The translations under genes were made by a program, and so were the position numbers. 64,000 nt of DNA from Carcharhinus amblyrhynchos (lineage: Eukaryota), in the NCBI GenBank assembly GCA_965287045.1, contig OZ336901.1, forward strand, positions 20,894,001 through 20,958,000, written 5' to 3'. Position 1 is the stretch's first letter. Every line of letters starts with the position of its first letter. The notes beneath the pieces are model-generated. The model was not told the DNA's origin and did no database searches. It saw only the letters and a program-made list of their open reading frames with translations. Below, in pieces: positions 12,063 through 25,220 of the stretch.

Positions 12063-13399
12063 AGAGGAGAACAACCAATGGAGACTCCTGCCTTATCTGC
12101 CTGCCTCTCCTGGTGGTCACCCATCTACCTGTCTGAACCTCAACTCTCTTGTCAATCAAAAATCTGTCTAACTCTGCCTTGAATATATTCGATGAACCGG
12201 CCTCCACTGTGCCCTGGGGAAGAGAATTTCAAACAGAACCTCTGAGAGATGAAATTCCTCAACACCCTGACTTAAATGTGAAACCCTTTATTTTAAACTA
12301 GGTAACATTCAACAGCTACTCTGGCAAATCCCTCGGGTATCTTAAATGTTTCAATAAATGTGTAAGGGTAGCAGCAGTAGATCAAACTTTGATTCTTTTC
12401 CTTTTATCTTATGTAGTGGTATCTTGCTGTTGCTTTCCCAGTGAGAATTTGTGGTATCTTTAATCATTGAATCATTTGTCAAGCTCCTGGACAAACTTTC
12501 ATTTCAATTATCAGGTTAAATTCTTGCAAAGGAAAGTGGATAATGTAGATACAAACCATTTATTTAAGTGGGCTATGAGTACAGGGCTAGAGGTCATGAG
12601 GATAAAATTAACAAATCTCAAGGAAGTCTTGAAATTTGAGTTCCGCTCTGAGTTATGTACAGTATGAATGATCCACTCTCCTAGCAAGTTCTGAATCTTA
12701 TGTCAATTAATGTATTTTTAAGGAGTTTGAATATCTAGTTCTTATTCAGAATAATGTTTATGCAGTGACAATTTAACACTCATTTAAATAAAGAGTTAAA
12801 TATCAGGTTACTTGGAATGAGGTATTATGTACATCGGCAATTTAATGCTTCGTTTAACAATGGTTCCTTAGCTACTGGAGCCATAGAAATACCATACTAA
12901 AGAAGGCAACCAATCAGGAATAAAGTTGAAGTTTAGAAGAAGGGAAAATGCTTGCAGAACCTTGGCTAAATGGATGAAATGGGTTAGTTAGTGTGTATGA
13001 TAGATAGTGTGTGATCCATCTGCATTGTCACTTGGGCCATATGCACTGCAGCAAAAATGATATCAGTTGTCTTACAAAATGATCCCATTTTATCATCAAT
13101 GACTAACCACCCAATACTTTGTCCTCTTTTTATAAGCTTAATACTGGCGCTTGAGACTTTGAAAAAAGGAAAGCAATTATAATTGTATCATTGTTCAGGT
13201 TAGCATAGAATGGTGATTCAACCAGCCATTTCCTCAATATTGCTTTGTCTATAGATAATAAGAATGTAAAGAAACAGTAACTTTTGTAGGCTGACCTGAG
13301 GGTGATTTGTATTGCTACAGAACATTAAGTGCCAAATGGCACCAAGGTGTCATCATCAGAGTGGCTATGAACAAATGTTAGAGAAAGCTAACTGTGTTA

Positions 13400-13935
13400 G
13401 CAGCATGGTAGCACAGTGGTTAGCACTGCTGCTTCACAGCTCCAGTGATCTGGTTCAAATCCTGGCTTGGGTCATTGTCTGTGGAGTTTGCACATTCTCA
13501 CTGTGTCTGCGTGGGTGTCCTCCGGGTGTTCCGGTTTCCATCCACAATCCAAAGATTTGCGGACTAGGTTGATTGGTCATTCTAAATTGCCCCATAGTAT
13601 CCTGGAATGCAAAGGTTAAAGAGATCAGAGGGTAAATATGTAGGGATATGGAGATAGGGCCTGGGTGGGATTGTGGCTGGTGCAGACTCAATGGGCCAAA
13701 TGGCCCCTCTCTGTAGGCTTCTATGGTTGTATTAATGACCTTGAGATCATAACCATCATTGAACTTGTCATTCATAGAATCTGTACATGGCAGAAGGAGG
13801 CCATCTGGCCCATTGAGACTGCACTGATTCTCTGAAAGAATATCCCACCCAGGACCACCTCTGCCCTGTCCCGGCAACTCCCACATGTACCATGGTCACA
13901 AGGGGTCAAATTTAGCATAGACAATTCACCTAGCC
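13400..13935. mobile_element. HE1 SINE (+, 13400-13725) and partial HE1 (-, 13770-13935), tail-to-tail
   Basis: tgcagactcaatgggccaaatggcc and its reverse complement ggccatctggcccattgagactgca. Confidence 0.85.
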
Positions 13936-14944
13936 TGTCACCTTACTGTCAGAATTATCTCCTTTTGCTTTGATAGTTTTTCCCCTGTAAATGCTGCCAG
14001 GGTAGGATTCCAGGGAAGTCTGATGCTCTCCAGTAAATTGCCTATTTGGCTATTATTGACTGATGAGTGGATGGATCTATTGGCAGTTATTTGTCACGTG
14101 TGACATTCAGTCTAGATCTTGATTAGTATTTTAGGGGATCAAGGTCTGATTTATATTTTGTTCCTTTCCCTAGCCTAGGGTACGGATTTCAATTTGGTAA
14201 TTGACATTACTCAAAAAAGACTCCGCACAGACTTGAAATTGAATCTTGGACTGACCTGTATAATTGGGCAATATGTTCATTCAGTTGTCTAATGAGTGCA
14301 TCTATAAACAGCATGGCTGACTTTAGTGTTTGCATGTGCTTTTGTGTGAGGATAGTGTGACATTACTTTATTTTAAGAATTGATTTACATTCTGCACAAT
14401 GTTCTGCATTAGGTGAAAATGCCTGCAGTTCGTATTAATTGTGGATTAACTTTTGGTTTTCTTATTTATTGTGTAGTTAGAATTAAGGTTGGATTTTATT
14501 ACCTTCCTCCCAGTACAAATAAAGAGCTGTTCAAATAAGGTAAGTAACTAACACGGACAAAAGGAAGTTTGATATACATTTTATTGTACAAATTGGGATG
14601 ATTTGATAACTAATCATGAAAATTGTTTAGTTCAGCTTGCAAGTATTGAAATGTGCATTCAATGCTGTTTGGAAAAAAATGGCAAAATTAATTCTCAGTT
14701 TACCATTCCTTTTCACTGGGTTATCATAATAATGTAACTGGAGGACTGGATATTTTCGCTTTTGTCCTGGTGTGGACTGCTGAGGCCAATTATAATGGAG
14801 TCCCAACTATTATCCCAGCTGTTACCAGTTAATTCCAAACATTGTTAGAAAACTTGGAACCTTCCTGGAATTAATGCCTTAGCACCACACCAGAACATGT
14901 CTTGCATCAAAAAATAAAATCAGAATTTGAATGTTCTTAAAAAA

Positions 14945-15240
14945 TTATTTTATGGGATATGAGCATTGCTGGCAAGGCCAGCATTTGTTGCCCATCCCCA
15001 ATAGCCTTGGTGGTGAGCCGTCACCTTGAACTGCTAAGTTTATTTGGTGTAGGTACACCTAAACTGCTGGTAAAAAGGGAATCCGGGATTATGACCCAGG
15101 GACAGTAAATGAACAGCAACATATGCCAAAGTCAAGATGGTGTGAGACCTGGAATTGAACTTATAGATGATTGTATTCCTGTGCGTCTGCTGCTCTTGTC
15201 CTTTAAGTGGAGTTGATGTCAAGGAGACTTGGCAATTTGC
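14945..15240 (-). mobile_element. 3' end of the same LINE family as 52715-54360
   Basis: gctggcaaggccagcatttgttgcccatccc...ggtggtgagccg...ttgaactgct...gtaggtacacc is the reverse complement of the 3' region near 54100-54350. Confidence 0.7.
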
Positions 15241-15769
15241 TGTAATGAGTGTGAAGAAATAACGTTTGTGGTTGGCAGAGTAAGTGGTCCATGATCCAAG
15301 TTATGGCATCCTACCCTGAAACCTTTTGACTGGTGTTCCATCTATCTGTTGTTCATATTTGGAAAGGATGGAGCAATCTGAAGAACTGATCAAAATTACC
15401 AGCAAACAATATTTTATGTCATGGATTTTTGACTTTGTAAAAGGATCTGTAGTTGGTAGGAAGCAGGAAAAAATTAGCGTTTTGGGAGCCCAAGTCACTT
15501 ATTGAAGAACGGAGGAACATTACAAAAAGAAATGAACCATTCAGCCCTTCCAACCTGCTCTGTCATTTAGTACTTTTATGGCTGATCTCTCACTTTCCAC
15601 AAATAACCCTTATCCCTTGGTTCTCAGAGCAGCCAAGAATTTATTGAAATAGATTTGATGCCTTAGGTGGCTCCTGAAAAGGTAGTGCTGGTTGTGGTTT
15701 AGAACAACCTGTGATTCATGTTTGTTAGCTCTTAAATGTTTTTTGTAATTAACCGCATACCCTCATTCT

Positions 15770-15872
15770 TCACTCCATCCTGCGCTCACCTGATGAAGGG
15801 GCAGTGCGCCAAAAGCTAGTGCTACCAAGTAAGCCTGTTGGACTTTAACCTGGTGATAAGAGACTTCTTACT
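15770..15872 (+). mobile_element. Penelope-like terminal fragment
   Basis: cacctgatgaaggggcagtgcgccaaaagctagtg...ttggactttaacctggtg...gacttcttact. Confidence 0.7.
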
Positions 15873-16162
15873 AGTGAGAGTTGATAAATAGCTTCCTGTA
15901 AGTATTGGTATTTCAACCTGATTGCTGGGAAATAGTCTTTATAGTTTTCCTCTTTCTATTGTGCATCTGCAGTGCTTGGTTTTCTTTCTTGGGTGTAAAT
16001 AAAATCTGTGAGTGGGGGATTGTGATTGGAAATTTGTCTTAGCCAAACTTTAGGGGATTTTAACCTCTCTATTCACCTATGCTTTTAATGTCATGGCACC
16101 ACTTTCTCTGCCATCCACAAACATATCTTCACACTCAAGGCAGCAATTCAGAAAGTCTCCTT

Positions 16163-16572
16163 TTTGATTTGATTTATTGTTGTCACATGTATTAACATAC
16201 AGTGAAAAGTATTGTTTCTTGTGCGCTATACAGACAAAGCATATCGTTCATAGAGAAGGAAACGAGAGAGTGCGGAATGTAGTGTTACAGTCATAGCTAG
16301 GGTACAGAGAAAGGTCAACTTAATGTAAGGTAGGTCCATTCAGAAGTCTGATGACACCAGGGAAGAAGCTGTTCTTGAATTGGTTGGTACGTGACCTCAG
16401 ACCTTTGTGTCCTTTTCCCGGCGGAAGAAGGTGGAAGGGAGAATGTTTAGAGTGTGTGGGGTCCTTAATTATGCTGGCTGCTTTGCCAAGCCAGCTGGAA
16501 GTTTAGGCAGAGTCAGTGGATTGGAGGCTGGCTTGCGTGATGGTTTGGGTTACATTCATGACCTTTTGTAGT
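16163..16572 (-). mobile_element. Rex1/Babar-like LINE 3' fragment
   Basis: Minus strand encodes a KAASIIKDP.H...LPPGK..K.LRSRTN..KNSFFP remnant and ends in a (CAAAT)n tail. Confidence 0.75.
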
Positions 16573-16824
16573 TTATTAAATTTAACTAGTTAAATTTATT
16601 TATTATTAATTAAATTTATACTAGTTAAGGACCTACATTTGTCACAGTCAAACTGATTACAAAAATCTGTCATGTCTATGGACAATCTTGCCTAAGGGAA
16701 CCTTTACTTTGAGCTCTTTAAACCTGTCTACCTGCGCATTGCTCAGTCCAAAATAGATTTGTCTCAGGTAGGTCCACAGAGTCTTGAATACAGTGAATTC
16801 ATCCTCCAGGGCTACCTTCGCCAA

Positions 16825-17010
16825 CTTTTTTTTTTGTTCAATCGATGTGAAGATTAAAATTACCCCAGACTATTGCAGTACCTTTTTTACAAGCCCTCAA
16901 TACTTTATGTATACTCTGTCTTGCTGTGTAACACTGTTAGGTGGTCTATAAACTACTCTCACTAGTGACATCTCTTTTGCTATTTCTTATCTCCACCTAA
17001 ACAGATTTTA
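16825..17010 (-). mobile_element. Old CR1 endonuclease relic
   Basis: Minus strand reads S-V-(W)-V-E-I-R-N-S...YRPPN...GNFNLHID, matching the EN region of the young ORF2. Confidence 0.7.
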
Positions 17011-17011
17011 T

Positions 17012-17150
17012 TGGTAGGATTCTCCGGTCTCGTCCGTGGTGGGACCAACTATAAGCGAGGACGGAAAATTTGGCATTCCAGTCAAAACTCCATTCGCTGT
17101 CAGTGGCACCGGAAAATCCTAGCTGCAAACGCAGACAGCAGATTTTGGCC
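17012..17150. mobile_element. Putative short MITE-like insertion
   Basis: GC- and CpG-richer block with degenerate termini ggtaggattctccg / cagcagattttggcc and repeated cggaaaat, interrupting the CR1 EN relic. Confidence 0.45.
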
Positions 17151-18527
17151 AACATCTTGAACTTCTGAATTGAAGTCATTTCTCACTATTGTACTGGTTT
17201 TTGTCTGTTGTTAACAGAGCTACCCTTCCTCCTTTTCGTTAAAGCCTCTCTTTCTTGGTTTCACCTTATTTTCTGTGCCCTTTCTATAGTCTGATCTTTC
17301 TCAGATGATTCACTGGATACTGATGGGGAGAGGGAGCACTGATTGACTTTCCTTCCACTCCACCTCTGGGCTAATTGTTGAGTCCTCGTCACTGCTTGGA
17401 TTAGATCAATTAAAGCAGCCTTTTGGTTTGTCTGACTCAGTACTTCACTGGGCAGTGGCTCAAAGATTTCCCCCAGTCCAACGCCGGCACATCCACACAG
17501 TGGCTCAAAGCCACCAAAGGATCTGGTAAAGTTAATTTTGTAAGTCAATGCTGTGGCAGTGGTAGTAACAGCTTCTGCTATGTTTTCACAACTGCGATAA
17601 TGTATGCGTGTTAAGTGTTGATCTGTGCGATTCTGAGTTGTGCATAGCATGTCTCGAAAAATCTATAATGTTTTACCTCTTGCTGACCCACGCTCCTTGT
17701 CAACAAGATTTTACACTGGGTGTGTTGCATTCTGTATAATCCTATTTGATGGGAAAAGGCTGTGCATTGCAGTGGGTTTGAATATTTCATTACGTTTTCA
17801 AACTTGGTTCCTGGAGTTGGGACAAACATTTCTCTTTTAATTCAGTTGAGGTTTGATATAGACTTGACCCAGTTCCCCATGAACTTGACTGTATGACAGC
17901 TGATTCTCAAGATGGGTGTTAGACTGAGGGAATTTTTTAGTAGCCAGAATGATTTGGTTTAGTTAATTTAGTCTTTGTAATGAGCTGAGTGAGCTTCTCT
18001 GTCTGGACTTGCTGCTTGGCCTGTATTGGGAGTGGAGTTTCTGTATGATGTCATTCCCCTCTGCAGATGCTGACGTTTGCTGTCTGCACTGTTTTGTGTG
18101 ATGGATCCAATAATAACACAGAATGTTGTAACTGGGCAGGCTGCAGCAAAGTTTTTTAAAATCTCGTTTCAGGACATGATTGATTCCTGATAAAGGCTAC
18201 TAATCTAGTTAAAGCACTGAATGAGACATGACATAGGAAAGAAAAAGAGCAGTTGCACTTGGTGTGTGTAAGGTATTTATTTTCATAGTGATTTGAGTAG
18301 TTGGATCCATGCTAAAATGTGTATGTGGACATTAAGCTGTAAAATAATAACTTAAGTTTTCAACCAGAAAATTGTATTGCTTTCTTGAGCCACTACTTTT
18401 GAAATGGAGGGTGATTTGAGGGGAGGGCTAAGTCACAGTATAGTGAACTTCAGAATAGAAAATTAGCTTTGAAAAACCTTCATCTTAATGTGGAATTGCT
18501 GATCGCTGATGTGGTTCTGATGCTTTA

Positions 18528-18826
18528 GAGAATCATAGAATCGCCACAGTGCAGAAGGAGGCCCATTGAGCTTGCACCAACAACAATCCCACCCAGGCCA
18601 TACCCATAACCCCACATATTTACCCTGCTAATCTCCCTGACACCAAGGGGCAATTTTTGTTAGCATGATCAATCAGCCTAACCCATGCATCTTTGGACTG
18701 TGGGAGGAAAATAGAGCACTGGAGGACACTCATGCCGACATGGGGAGAATGTGCAAACTCCAAGGCTGGAATTGAACCCAGATCCCTGATACTGTGAGGC
18801 AGCAGTGCTAACACTGTGCCGCCCCG
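18528..18826 (-). mobile_element. HE1 SINE
   Basis: agaatcatagaa...cagtgcagaaggaggcc tail through gaggcagcagtgctaacactgtgccgcccc head. Confidence 0.88.
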
Positions 18827-18954
18827 TAGAAGGTTATATTAATCCTTTAAACCACAGTGAGAACTGTCAGTAGCTAGCAATGTAATCATGAGGACTTGGG
18901 GACTTCATTGATTTATGTTGTGGCTGGAAAAGTTGAATTTTGTTTGACTGTACA

Positions 18955-19115
18955 CTTTCCCTGTCCGAAAGACATGCTGGTTAGATACATTGATCATGCT
19001 AAATTCTCCCTCACTGTACCCGAACAGGTGCTGGGGTGTGGTGACTAGGGGATTTTTCACAGCAACTTCATTGCAGTGTTAATGGAAGCCAACTTGTGAC
19101 AATAATTAAACTTTA
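18955..19115 (+). mobile_element. 5'-truncated tail-B SINE
   Basis: gtgactaggggatttttcacagcaacttcattgcagtgttaatg. Confidence 0.8.
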
Positions 19116-19392
19116 GGTTGCTCAGTGAAAGTTGATGAAATATTTTTGTTTCTGTGCGATAAGTCAGCTGTACTCTTTTTTTTTGTCAGACCTCAGCCAA
19201 AGGAAGCTTGAAACATTTGAAGTTTACGGTCATGAAAAGTGCCATATAAATGTTGTTAAAATTTGTGGCACCTAAAATGTATTAATTTAGTTTAATTTAG
19301 TTGCTATTTTTCTTCTTCATATAGTGTTCTTCGTGTTTGTATTCTTGCATGCTTTTTTCATCTGAATTCTTCTCAGATTTGCAGAGGCAGTC

Positions 19393-20103
19393 ACCTTGGG
19401 GTCCCTGTGCATGAGTCGCAAAAACCCAGCTTGCAGGTGCAGCAGGTGGTCAGGAAGGCGAATGGGATGCTGGCCTTCATCGCGAGGGGGATTGAATATA
19501 AAAGTAGGGAGGTCTTGCTGCGGCTGTATAGGGCATTGGTGAGGCCGCAGCTGGAGTACTGTGTGCAGTTTTGGGTGCCGTACTTACGCAAGGATATTTT
19601 GGCCTTGGAGGGAGTGCAGAGAAGGTTTACTAGGCTGATGCCGGAGTTGAGGGGGTTGAGCTATGAGGAGAGGCTGAATAAACTAGGCTTGTACTTGTTA
19701 GAGTTTAGAAGAATGAGGGGAGATCTCATTGAGACGTATAAGATGATGAATGGGATGGATAGGATAGAGGTGGAGAGACTCTTCCCGCTCAGAAAGGATA
19801 GTAGGACTAGGGGGCACAGCCTCAAGATAAAGGGGGGGCGGTTTAGAACGGAGTTGAGGAGGAACTTCTTCACTCAAAGGGTGGTGAATCTCTGGAATTC
19901 TCTGCCCGTTGAAGTGGTGGAGGCTACCTCGCTAAATATTTTTAAGACGCGGGTTGATGTGTTTTTGATAAGAGAGGGGATTAAGGGTTATGGGGAGAGG
20001 GTGGGAATGTGGAACTGAGCCACGACAGATCAGCCATGATCTTATTGAATGGCGGGGCAGACTCGAAGGGCTAGATGGCCTACTCCTGCTCCTATTTCTT
20101 ATG
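19393..20103 (+). mobile_element. 5'-truncated copy of the same young CR1 family
   Basis: ORF 19407-20018 is nearly identical to the C-terminus of ORF2 at 59934-62741; same 3' tail. Confidence 0.95.
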
Positions 20104-20557
20104 CTCTCTCTTTGCACTTTTCTGCTTTTGATGGTTTTGTACCATTTACTTTGTAGATGTTCAATTTGCAATTGCAAATTAAGTTTAGCACAAGTTTGGG
20201 TGAAACAATTTCTACAATCGCCCAACGATATATCTTCACCCATTGTCAAAATAGCTATATATTGCACCAATGGTTTAGTTTAGCTTTTACTTATGAATGA
20301 TCCTTTTAGGCCTGTTTGAGATTTTGAATTTAAAAAACTCTGCAAAATTGTGTGTTGTTTTATGCTGTATCGTGACCAGCATAAGTCTTTGTTCCAGCTA
20401 ATGCTTGTTACATAGGTGTGGTGCCCTCCAGGAACTTGTTCAAGTGGCCTTTTGTCTCAGTAGGTAGCTGATGACTTTTAACAGGTTACTTGATTGTTTG
20501 AGACATAACAAATAAGCCTCATTCTGTCCATGTATATCTGTTTTGGTGGAGGAGCCA

Positions 20558-20910
20558 CTGGGTGGCACGGTGGTTAGCACTACTGCCTTACAACACCAGA
20601 AACCTGGGTTCTATCCTACCCTTGGGTGACTGGCTGTTGGAGTTTGTATCTTCTCCCCATGTCTGTGTCGGGTTTCCTCTGGGTGCTCTGGTTTCCTCCC
20701 ACAGCCCAAAGATGTGCAGGTTAGGTGGATTGACCATGCTCAGTTTTCCCCTTGGTGCCCAAGTTAGGTACAGGTTAGGTAGAATAGCCATGCTAAATGT
20801 GTGGGGTTACAGGGATAGGATGGAAGGGAGGGTCAGGGTTGGATGCCCTTTTGGAGAGCAAGCTCGATGGACTGGATGGCCTCTTTTTGATCTGTAGGGA
20901 TTCTATGATT
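20558..20910 (+). mobile_element. HE1 SINE
   Basis: gggtggcacggtggttagcactactgcc head; tail tgtagggattctatgatt. Confidence 0.88.
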
Positions 20911-21069
20911 ATAGGGATAATCAATTAAAATATATATATATCTGCCACTTTCCAATAAAAATCATTCAATCATCAATCTGCTAATTAAATTCTTATCATG
21001 TGCAGGTTGGCTGCCATTCTCGGCCCATAACAACAGTGATTGCATTTCAATAATCCATTGGACTAAAGA

Positions 21070-21472
21070 AAAAGACTTGCATTTATATGGCACTTTTCAT
21101 GATCATTTGATATCTCAACTCAACAACCAATGTTGTAACTTTTGAAATGAAGTCACTATTGTACTACAGTAAACACAGCAGTGAATTTGTTAATGACCAG
21201 TTGATATGCTTTTTGTGATGTTGATTGAATATTGACTAGGAGACTGGGGATAACTGCCTTGCTCTTTTTTGAAATAGTGCCATGGGACCTTTTGCACCCA
21301 CCTGAGCAGGCAGTTGGATTCGTTTTAATGTCTTGTCCAAATGACGACATCTCAGAGTGCATTGTACTGCATTGCAACATTAGCCTTGATTTTTTTGCTA
21401 AAACCCTGGCATGGGACTTGAGCCTAGAACCTTGTGATTTAGAGAGGAATGTGTTAACGATTTAATCACGGA
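21070..21472 (-). mobile_element. Deu-domain SINE (SacSINE1-like)
   Basis: ttgaaatagtgccatgggaccttt is the reverse complement of a Deu-like core aaagatcccatggcactatttc; tail acttgcatttatatggcac. Confidence 0.7.
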
Positions 21473-22181
21473 TGGGAAGCATTTTGGGATGGTCAGAGGA
21501 CGTGAAAGTATGTAAATTCAGAAGTTTTATTTTTATTTATGGCTCAAATGATCCAACTCTGTACAGATTGGAAACTGACGATGAGATATTTTGACGTGTG
21601 TGGTTCAGCATTTGCACATTGGCTTACTTGCTAAAGACATTACCGGTGCATTGTTCTGTTTCCATTACCTCAAACTTGTTGTCTTAGCCTAATGTTGTGC
21701 GTCTGATGTGTATAACATTTTGTAAAGCTTGATTACTGAGATTATGGTGTATGTGGTTTGTGCTAGTTTTATTACTGTAACCTGAGTGAAATTGGCTGAC
21801 TGGACGATTGGACAGTTTAAGATGTAAACTACATAACAGTTTAAAAATCTGTTTGCCTGAAACTCTCCAACACTCCAAATCACAGTGAGACTGGAGAATT
21901 TCCTCTGTTTGCACTTATTTACAGTTAGTTGCATATTGAGATCAGGCAAGCTGGCAAAAGAGGTCAGTTTTAAAAGTTTTTAATACTGATTAATATTTAC
22001 TAACGGATTAATGTACATCAATGAAACTAATATCATTTTCAGTGATTTTAAAATTGGGTTATTCACAGGTGAATATCCAAGATGGCACTGGAGTTTGACA
22101 ACTTCTTGCAAGCTGTGTCCAGCATATCTTCTAATTCTATCTTTTATTCTTGTTCTATGCCTACGTCCTGAACGCTCTCCT

Positions 22182-22269
22182 TTCCTTCCCTGTGTACAGT
22201 ATGCTTTGTATAGTGTGCGAGAAATAATACTTCTCACTGTATACTAATATATGTGACAAATCAAATCAA
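22182..22269 (+). mobile_element. Short 3' tail of the same Rex1-like family
   Basis: aatacttctcactgtatactaatatatgtgacaaatcaaatcaa matches 59152-59190. Confidence 0.65.
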
Positions 22270-22401
22270 GGTGGAGGAATGGACAATTATCAAAAATGTA
22301 TGATAAATCCATGTTGAGCTATATTCCTGTAACTAACTACTCTTGGCTACTATTAAATCAGTAGATATGTTTTGAAAGAAACCCAAATGAGTATGTTCCA
22401 T

Positions 22402-22662
22402 TAGAATCATAGAGACCCTACAGTGAGAAAGAGACCATTTGGCCCATCGAGTCTGCACCAACCACAATTCCACCCAGGCCCTACCTCCATATCCCTACAT
22501 ATTTTACCTGCTAATCCCTCTAACCTACGCATCTCAGGACACTAAAAGACAATTATTAACATGGCCGATCAACTTACCTGCACATCTTTGGGCTGTGGGA
22601 GGAAATCAGAGCACCCGGAGGAAACCCATGCAGAAAAGAGGAAAATGTGCAACCTCCACACA
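22402..22662 (-). mobile_element. HE1 SINE, 5'-truncated
   Basis: agaatcatagag...tttggcccatcgagtctgcacc...cacatctttgggctgtgggaggaa. Confidence 0.85.
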
Positions 22663-24059
22663 TTAGTTTGATTACATTGTATCACAGAAGATTTTACTTT
22701 AGTGATTATGTAAATTTTAACCAAAATTTTACCCTTAATTGCATCCAAAGCTGAAGTTTGTCTCCTTTACATTTATGTGAAAATCTGCAAATAAGTATGG
22801 TATCTCTTCCCTTGTAACTTTGGTTGCTCGTTTCCTAATGTAACAACAATACAAAACTGACAACTTTGCTGAAAAGTGATCAATTTAACCTATCAGTGGA
22901 ATTAAGAAAAAGTTACTTCTGATAAAAGTTACATAATTACTGCCTTGGTAATGCAAGTGCAATTATAAGGACTTCATAAATGCTGTCCTGCCACAGTTTG
23001 TTTTTAAGGAAAAATGAGTAGTGTATTATCCCTACAGTGAAGTAATACGTTTGGCTGATCAGCTGTTGGTGGGCTGAATTATAGGAGTAAAGCTGCATCA
23101 CTGGTACTGTGCGCTAATGTGAAATCAGTGAAGTGCTGTAGGGAATACTTCTTTGTCTGCATGGTGATTTGCAAGCAGCCCTTTGCTCTCTGTCACAGCC
23201 TGCTGTTAGCCTTGTTGCAGCAAGAACCAGAAGCGAAAGATTTAATTATGATCACATCCCTTGAAACCATTCTGTGGATGCGATCTTCCAACTGCCTTTT
23301 AAAATTGTGTACTTTTTTCACAGCTGAAATACTATGAAATGGTAATTGCTAAATGTTTAATTATATAGCTTAATGATATAGTTACATGTGATAGGTTTTG
23401 AGTCATTGTTGCTGTTTTTTTTTCATGTGCCTTTGTCTCTATTTGAAAATAATTTTGTAACTTATTGGGTAAGTAGTTTTTAAAATTTACTGTAGTGTTA
23501 GTATTGCTTATTTCTGCAATTTCCCCAATCTCTACACTTGTGCAGAAAATGTTTTGGGATCACTTAGATGAGAGGGTTGTCACTTTAACAGATGAGGAAG
23601 ATTACTGGAGGGAGCAGCTGTTGCGGTCATCGGGATCATTATGCTTTCTTTCGAGAGCAGCTGAGTTGGAGAGGTAGTTTTTCTCTTCCTGCAACCCTCA
23701 ATGGATGAAAGAAAGAAATGTTAATTATGGGCTGCATTTTCTTCACTCTTTGCCACAGACTGGTTGTTGCTTTTGTAGCACAGACTGAAAATTTAATTTG
23801 TTATGGTTTCTCTCTCCTTGCACCACACTCATGAAGTCTGTAATTTTGCTAAAGAAGAGCCTTGGGGACACTGACCACCATCCGGTACTTTGAGCAAATG
23901 GCCAATTTTCAAATTGATCTTGGGCAACGAGTGTTGATGTGGTTAATGCAAGAAGAAATCCTGGTCCTGATGAACATATTTTCCAATTAGATTACAGGCA
24001 AATGACCAGGAGCAGGAATCCCGCCATTTTTTCTTCCCTCTCCCCACTCTAGTCAATCT

Positions 24060-24270
24060 TTTAATTCTTTCCTGGGATGTAGATGTGCACTGGCTAGACC
24101 CGCATTTGTTGTCCATTCCTAATTGCCATTAAGAAAGTGATGTTGAGCCATCATTTTGAATAATTGCAGTCCATCTGGTGAGGTACACCCAGTGCTGTTC
24201 AGAAGGGAATCCCAGGATTTTGAGACCATGATTATAATTCCAAGTTAGAATTATTTGTGGCTTGGTATGG
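24060..24270 (-). mobile_element. 3' end fragment of the same LINE family
   Basis: gcatttgttgtccattcctaattgcc...aggtacaccc...gggaatcccaggattttga. Confidence 0.65.
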
Positions 24271-24619
24271 GACTTGGATTCATTTAGTCTCAAGCACATT
24301 AGGGGATTTCTGAGAGTTTTATTTCACGTTTTTCTTTGCAGGGATGTGGCTAAAGTTTGACAATGGGGAATCACTGAAAATCACATCTATATATATCTAC
24401 GAATAGTTCATTTGAGGGTTAGGATTTTTGAGGTGTTACCTGAGCTTGTGCTAAGAACTTGTTCTTGCCTTCCAAACTCAGCAGATCATACCTAGTATTT
24501 CCATCACCTGGAGTATGAAGCAATCACTAAAACTTTTTTCCCCTCTCCTTTCAGCATTGAGTAATTGGAAGAGATGTGATACCTTCCCCTTTTATCTCCT
24601 CCTTTTCTACTTTCCAGGA

Positions 24620-25220
24620 TTCCAGATGCACATTACAAGTGAAAGAGTGAATTTACCTGTGGCTGTTTCAATTTCATGTACTTGGTGCTTGCAATGAACC
24701 ATCCTCTGCATTTGGGTGACCAGTTGCTGAACATGTTTTCAGTCCTGGGTTTCCGGCCACCTGGTTATTTTAATTCTTTGCTCCACTCCCATTGTGACTT
24801 TATTGTCTTTTGTCTTCAATATTGTTCCAGTGAATTTCAACAAGCTCAAGGAACAATATCTCAACCTTTCGATGAAACTTTTTGCAACCTTCTGTACTCA
24901 ACAATTTCAGTCCAGAAGCACCACACTCATTTTTTTAGACAGGAGTTCTGATAATGATGGTTAACCCCATTTCCAACCCTCCTAGACTCTTTTGTTTAGT
25001 ATTTGTACCATTACCATCCTTTTTAGCCTTGAGGCTTCATGTATTTTGTCATTAATGTTACTTATCTTCAATCTAGTTACATTTCTTTTTTATTTTTCCT
25101 AACTTAGTACTTGTTAAAACCTGTACATCTCTAACCTTTTCCTTTTTCTGATGGAAGGTTATCAGCCTGAAATATTAACTTTTGTTTTATTGCCTGACCT
25201 GATTCAAGCATTTGTTTTTT
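24620..25220 (+). mobile_element. Penelope-like relic (GIY-YIG remnant plus terminus)
   Basis: Similar to the reverse complement of the 47075-47515 relic; terminus ttctgatggaaggttatcagcctgaaatattaac...cctgacctg. Confidence 0.6.
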
